NCBI GenBank assembly: GCA_963754925.1
Contig: CAVWHX010000006.1
Location: forward strand, 96,001-160,000
DNA: 64,000 nt
Origin: an uncultured delta proteobacterium
GTDB taxonomy: Bacteria > Myxococcota > B64-G9
Reading direction: 5' to 3'
Shown: positions 59,025-64,000 of the stretch, piece after piece
Layout: each line of letters starts with the position of its first letter
Numbering within the stretch: position 1 is the first letter of the stretch
Made by a program: the position numbers and the translations under genes
The notes under the pieces: generated by a model
Databases searched by the model: none
What the model was told of the DNA's origin: nothing
Seen by the model: the letters and a program-made list of their open reading frames with translations, nothing else

Positions 59025-59120
59025 CTTTTTTTCTTCAAGAACCTTTTCATACAATTGAGCCGCTCGGAAAACTTTTCTTTCTTTGTCAGCTGTTTTTGCT
59101 TCTTGAAGAGTCATCGACAT
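59025..59120 (-). pseudogene. N-terminal fragment of a probable immunity gene
   Basis: MTLQEAKTADKERKVFRAAQLYEKVLEEK cut at the GGCACCTCGATTGGGG motif. Confidence 0.4.
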
Positions 59121-59133
59121 GTCCCCGGAAAGT

Positions 59134-59523
59134 TCATTTCATCGCCAGATGAGCCTCCTCGAGCAACCGTCTACCAGCGTCGCGGCCAGCTCTTCGAAAT
59201 GCGATGCTACTTGAGTCTATTGGATGTGGATGAACTTCCACTATTCTGAGAATGAAATCCTTTAACGGATACGGACCTGCAGTCAGCACAACATCCAATA
59301 CGCCCATTACTGCTGCACGCACGTATTCCTCATTACCTTTCGCCAGCAGTTCCGGGGAGCATTCAAGCACGAATGTTTCCGCAGGCTCCGCCTCGACAAC
59401 AATCCGTCCATATTCGCAGCGGGGTCCGAGATGAGCTTCTCTCAGTCCTTCGACACGGAGTCGTTGAGGAAGCTTTGCCGATTGACGTTCAAGCAGATCT
59501 TTAAACCACAGGTCTATGTTCAT
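59134..59523 (-). CDS. Putative immunity protein resembling stand-alone EF-G domain IV
   Basis: VEG...G.R.EYG..V...P, EY..A...G, YP..D, H..DSS..AF..A; ATGA overlap with the toxin stop. Confidence 0.75.
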   Translation of the reverse strand: MNIDLWFKDLLERQSAKLPQRLRVEGLREAHLGPRCEYGRIVVEAEPAETFVLECSPELLAKGNEEYVRAAVMGVLDVVLTAGPYPLKDFILRIVEVHPHPIDSSSIAFRRAGRDAGRRLLEEAHLAMK

Positions 59524-60734
59524 TTTGGCCATGCCTCTGGGTTGAAATTTTCTGAGAATTGGCTGATTACATCAGGGTGATAAAGCAGAGACTCGTATCC
59601 AGGTTCGAACGGTATGCCTTGCCACTGTAACGTCTCGAGGTGCGCGGCGCGCGCGGCATCGTACCCGTAGTCGCTGCCGATCATCTGAGCTGCCTCCATA
59701 AGTTCATGCTCGTAGAAATTCAGATCTTGGATTGAGGTTTGCCCCGCCTTTAAGCGTTCGAGCATCGCAGTATTGGCGGGGTCCTCGAGTGCCCCTAGCC
59801 GTCCTAGATGTGATTCGATGGTAGCGAGCCCCTCGCTGGTGACGGGTCCCCCCCTTTCCACCGTTCTTCTCGCACCTTCGCCACCGATCCCCAGCAGCGC
59901 CATCCCTGCTGTACTTACCTCCGCTACACTTGCCGTTACAGTAGCTCCTCCTGTGACTAGGAGGCTTGTCCCAGCCCCAAGGGTCAATCCCGCCACCGCG
60001 CCGATAGTACCCCACTTGCCAACGGCTCCCCAGTTAAAGCCTTCCTCGCTATTGGCCGAAGAAATGGCCCCATAAATTGCCCCGGCCGCAGCTCCGATCA
60101 ATCCCGTGACTGCCAGGAATGCTACACGGCCATTCGGATCGGCATACTTGTACGGGTTATTGAGAACGTAAGCATACCGATTGAAGGTCGTCGGCTCCGA
60201 AAGATTCGCCCCAGCGGAATCAACGCTGATGAACCTCCCAATCTCCGGCAAGTACATCCGCGCGCCATAATCGTGGAAACCCGTGCCCGGGTCGAAAATC
60301 CGGCCGTTGTACTGTCGGTCTCCGGCCGCCGCCGTGGGCGCGGTCCACGGCTCGCCCCAGGGTTGGTAGTCAAACCGAACGACATTGCCGGAACTATCAC
60401 TGCGCGCCAACACGCTCCCGGCAACGTCGGTGTGGTACCACTGCCGCTCGGTGCAAGCAGCGGGCGGTGACACGGTTATGCAACCGTCAACCGCAACCAG
60501 CTTGTTGCCCAAGTAGATATAGTCGCGCAACTTCGCACCGGTCGGCGAGGTCTCGGAGATGATCCGGCCGCTCGCGTCGTAGTGATAGAGCGTGGTCTGC
60601 GAAGGTTCAGTCTTCTGAACGCGCCGCCCAAGCCCATCGTATAGATCGAAAACGCCGGTGCCTGCGATAGCGAACGCAAGCGACAGCCCGCAAAACGATG
60701 TTACGTTTTTCGCACGGTGCATACGCGTCCTCAT
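59520..60734 (-). CDS. Orphan RHS core + C-terminal toxin (FYEHELME...AH...LYHP)
   Basis: RHS core DYGARMY...GRFIS.D, N.YAYV.NNP....DPNG; Gly-rich hydrophobic linker; variable tip. Confidence 0.82.
   Translation of the reverse strand: MRTRMHRAKNVTSFCGLSLAFAIAGTGVFDLYDGLGRRVQKTEPSQTTLYHYDASGRIISETSPTGAKLRDYIYLGNKLVAVDGCITVSPPAACTERQWYHTDVAGSVLARSDSSGNVVRFDYQPWGEPWTAPTAAAGDRQYNGRIFDPGTGFHDYGARMYLPEIGRFISVDSAGANLSEPTTFNRYAYVLNNPYKYADPNGRVAFLAVTGLIGAAAGAIYGAISSANSEEGFNWGAVGKWGTIGAVAGLTLGAGTSLLVTGGATVTASVAEVSTAGMALLGIGGEGARRTVERGGPVTSEGLATIESHLGRLGALEDPANTAMLERLKAGQTSIQDLNFYEHELMEAAQMIGSDYGYDAARAAHLETLQWQGIPFEPGYESLLYHPDVISQFSENFNPEAWPK
60226..60644. repeat. Duplicated RHS core (copy of 62031-62449)
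   Basis: Near-identical DNA, offset 1805 bp. Confidence 0.92.
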
Positions 60735-60793
60735 CCTACTGGTGGATTAGCGGTATTCCTTTGGCAGTAGCAGAAGTGGTGGGGCACACCAAC

Positions 60794-60993
60794 AGTATCG
60801 AGTAGGTGACCTCTCGGCATGAAGGTAAGTTACATGGAAAGTGGAGTCTGTGGAAAGAATAATGTTAATATCGGAGCAACGTCCCCGAGTATCCTTCCAA
60901 AAGTATCGAGTCTAGGACCTCTCGGCATGAAGGTAAGTTACATGAAAAGTGGAGTCTGTGGAAAGAATAATGTTAATATCGGAGCAACGTCCC
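60794..60993. repeat. Tandem direct repeat, 108-bp period, two copies
   Basis: GACCTCTCGGCATGAAGGTAAGTTACATG...GGAGCAACGTCCC twice. Confidence 0.9.
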
Positions 60994-61169
60994 GTATTAC
61001 CCACGCCTGCCCCGCAGCCAGCAGATGAAGATCACCGCCATCCTGGAACCCTTCATCATCCAGCACGCCGGCGAGTAGTAGATCAAGCAGTCAAAAGATC
61101 CGAAGAGGATGGCACCGTTGCTGGGGAGTCGCGTGTCAGGGTCCGACACCTGTTTCCCCTTTTAAACAG

Positions 61170-61391
61170 CTATTCTCTGTCTAAAGAACTTATAAGTGAG
61201 GCTGGCAGTTTCTTGCTGGCGTTCATGACTTCTATACCAATCAAATGCCCTTCAGCATTGAAATCAAGATTTATCTCGCCACCAACTCCGATCGGATCAC
61301 ATAAATATGTTTTGGCTACTCCTGCGATACCAATATCTTCCACAAGATAGATGTAAGCAGCATCAATGCTTGGATCATATGAAATTTTCAT
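61170..61391 (-). CDS. DUF2283 family protein acting as RHS immunity
   Basis: YDP..DAAYI.L, INLDF..EG.LIGIEV.NAS; ATGA overlap with the RHS stop. Confidence 0.85.
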   Translation of the reverse strand: MKISYDPSIDAAYIYLVEDIGIAGVAKTYLCDPIGVGGEINLDFNAEGHLIGIEVMNASKKLPASLISSLDRE

Positions 61392-64000
61392 GGCTCGACC
61401 GATTGAAGATTATTGATGTAATTTTGGCTAGCACCTTCTATTACAGTTGTCACAATATTATCGACTATACCTACAAAAATCTCTGATGCCGCATCATAAT
61501 AACCTGTTTTCCATATACCTTCATGGAAGTATTGGAAAGGTTCTTGGTTGGTTATCACATTTTCAACAGCATCCAATGAAACACCTCTTTGAGTAATCCG
61601 CATCGCAGCGTGTTCGCTAACCTCTATTGTTCCCTTGTTGAGAAAAATGTTGATTTCGCCTGCTGCGTCACCAACAAAACGAGCTCCCCCCCTTGTCGCA
61701 ATCCCAATAGCTGTACCCGTACCAGCAGTTAGCTCCGCTACGCTCACCGTTGCCGTGCCAGCAAGATAAGCTTCTGCCCCTAATCCAAGTGTCAGACCAG
61801 CCACTGCACCGAAACCACCCCAATAACCAACAGCATTCCAATTAAACCCTTCATCGCTGATAGCAGAAGTGATGGCGCCATAAGCGGCACCAACCGCTAG
61901 TCCAATAAGTCCTGTGGCCCATGTAGCTATGCGCCCGTTTGGATCGTTATATTTGTACGGATTGTTAAGTACATACGCATACCTATTGAATGTCGTCGGG
62001 TTTACCGTGTCCGACCCCGCCGAATCGACACTGATGAACCTCCCAATCTCCGGCAGGTACATCCGCGCGCCGTAATCGTGGAAACCCGTGCCCGGGTCGA
62101 AAATCCGGCCGTTGTACTGTCGGTCTCCGGCCGCCGCCGTGGGCGCGGTCCAAGGCTCGCCCCAGGGTTGGTAGTCAAACCGAACGACATTGCCGGAACT
62201 ATCACTGCGCGCCAACACGCTCCCGGCAACGTCGGTGTGGTACCACTGCCGCTCGGTGCAAGCAGCGGGCGGTGACACGGTTATGCAACCGTCAACCGCA
62301 ACCAGCTTGTTGCCCAAGTAGATATAGTCGCGCAACTTCGCACCGGTCGGCGAGGTCTCGGAGATGATCCGGCCGCTCGCGTCGTAGTGGTAGAGTGTGG
62401 TCTGCGAAGGCTCGGCCTTCAGAACGCGTCGCCCAAGCCCATCGTATAGGTAACTAACGCCATCTGATGAGGTGGCAAGCCGGCCGGCGAGATCCCAGGT
62501 GAAGGTCATGGTTTTAAACGGTGCGGGACCGCCCGTCGCATAAGCCAACCGATTAGTTTGTGGGTCATAAGTGTAGGTCGTGGTATACGTGCCCACCGAT
62601 TTCATAATTCGATTGCCCAAATCGTCGTAATCGTAAACAGCGCTTCCCCACAGAGACGACGCTATCGAGGTCTCAATTCGGTCGAGTTTGTCATAGGTCA
62701 TTGTTCGGCTTGAATTTGGCACCGCCGCGTTGTTGAACGAAAGGACGTTGTCGGCGCCGTCGTAGCCGTACGCCAAATCGACGACTCCGGTTGACGTCAC
62801 GCTTTTCCCTCGCGCCCGATCGTCATAGGTGAGCGTCGTTGCCTTGCCGTTGCCGTACGTCATCCCCTTTACCTGACCGGATGGATGGTAAGAAATGTTG
62901 TTTACGATAGATGAGCCCCCGATCGATATCGTCTTTACCCGGTTGTCGGTATCGCAGGTCATCGTGATCGTCGTCCCGGTGGGATAGGTCATCGAGTCAA
63001 GACAGCCGGCCGCATTGTAGTGGTAGGTTGTCGTGTACACCTTCCCGGCATACGTCCATGTCTGCGAAGTCATTCGATTGATCTCGTCGTACCCATAGAC
63101 GAACGCGCCGCCGTTGGTGCTGGCGATTGTCGCTACGTTGTTAGCGTTATCGTAGTTTTTGGATACATCGTCGGGCGACCCACTCTGATAGGTGATGGTC
63201 CGCAGTCGGCTCAATGGGTCGTTGTAGCCGTACGTCGCCTGGACGCCTCGCGCGTCTGTCTTACTGGTCATCTGCCCGATAGCGTTTCGTCCGTAGGTCG
63301 TAGAGCCGCTCTCGCTCGTTGTCTCGCTCGTTAAGAATTGAGTTATGTAGTCGTATGCATAACTGCGATTGCCCATCGAGAGCGGCGCGTTGACGGTATT
63401 AACATTCCCATAAGCGCTATAGAGATACTGCCAGATATTGCCATTGGCGTCGGTGAGGTGCAAAAGCCGCTGCTCCTCGGGATTGCCGCAGGACATATTG
63501 CAGCGGATCGTCGTGCAGGTGTCGCCCGAGGCGCGCTGAATAGTGCTCGTGATGCAGTTCTGCGAGAAGGAATGCGTGATAGCACACGCTCCAGGCACAT
63601 CACAGGTTCCGGCTCCCGGCCGGTAGGCCTTGGTTTGTTGTATGACGCGCCCAAGCCCGTCAAAGTCCAGCTTCTCGCCAACCTCTACGATTGTGCCGTC
63701 GTAGGGATACGACTTGAACCAATTGCGGCCCATGTTATCGTAGTGCATGCTGGTTAAAATGCCCTCCGAGTCGCTGGTAGAGATAACCCGGCCAAACCCA
63801 TCCAGGTTGCTCGTTTTCGTATAGCCGCCCCGTGTTAAAGTACACCGCGGAGCCGTCGGTAGCGTAGGTATAAGAGGTGGATTGGCTTGTGCCTGGCGGA
63901 GCCAGTACACTGATTCTGCCTATGTCGTCGAGAGTATAGTGGGTGGTGTAGCCACGGCCGTTCGTCTCTGAGAGTATCCATCCTTCCCAGGATGTGCTGC
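61388..64000 (-). CDS. RHS/YD-repeat polymorphic toxin, 5'-partial, +1 frameshift at ~63843; DUF4258-like tip
   Basis: YD repeats, RHS core, DPNG; tip SEHAAMRITQRGVS...VTTVI; YD frame (ETNGRGYTTHYTLDDIGRI) continues to the window edge. Confidence 0.88.

Noticed and set aside
60794..60993. Possible CRISPR array
   Set aside because: Only two ~92-bp copies, no unique spacers of regular length, no cas genes
61000..61135. Fragment reading CP...MKITAILEP, reminiscent of IS91-type transposase tails
   Set aside because: Too short and broken by stops to support a call
1..64000. Integron integrase, tRNA, rRNA, cas or phage structural genes
   Set aside because: No tyrosine recombinase motifs, cloverleaf/rRNA signatures or such proteins found in the sequence or ORF track

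Overview
Bacterial genomic window, probably from a deltaproteobacterial-type anaerobe (inferred from the IHF-alpha N-terminus, RRM protein, superoxide reductase and sigma54 systems). It has four parts. (1) About 1.7-21 kb is a mostly minus-strand mosaic of integron-like cassettes: intact and truncated attC sites, TA systems, two AAA+DUF4143 ATPases, a restriction endonuclease and an IS1182. No integrase is present, and the array is punctuated by six copies of an attI/promoter-like leader and by short palindromic junction motifs. (2) About 21.5-38.3 kb is a stress island (wrbA, USP, S2P protease, 2x HPF, DegP, DedA, SOR, Hsp20, trpS, tal) with seven sigma54-type promoters, next to an NtrC-family two-component system. 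(3) About 38.6-55 kb holds mixed metabolic/signalling genes, an IS481-like element with long direct repeats, and a MenA-like prenyltransferase/radical SAM pair. (4) About 55-64 kb holds TA pairs, a RAYT remnant, a deleted IS10-like element and an RHS polymorphic toxin locus with an orphan toxin/immunity tail. The most striking observation is an RHS toxin tip with an HExxE motif whose translationally coupled partner looks like a stand-alone mimic of elongation factor G domain IV. Five single-base frameshifts may be assembly errors. No rRNA, tRNA or CRISPR array was seen.
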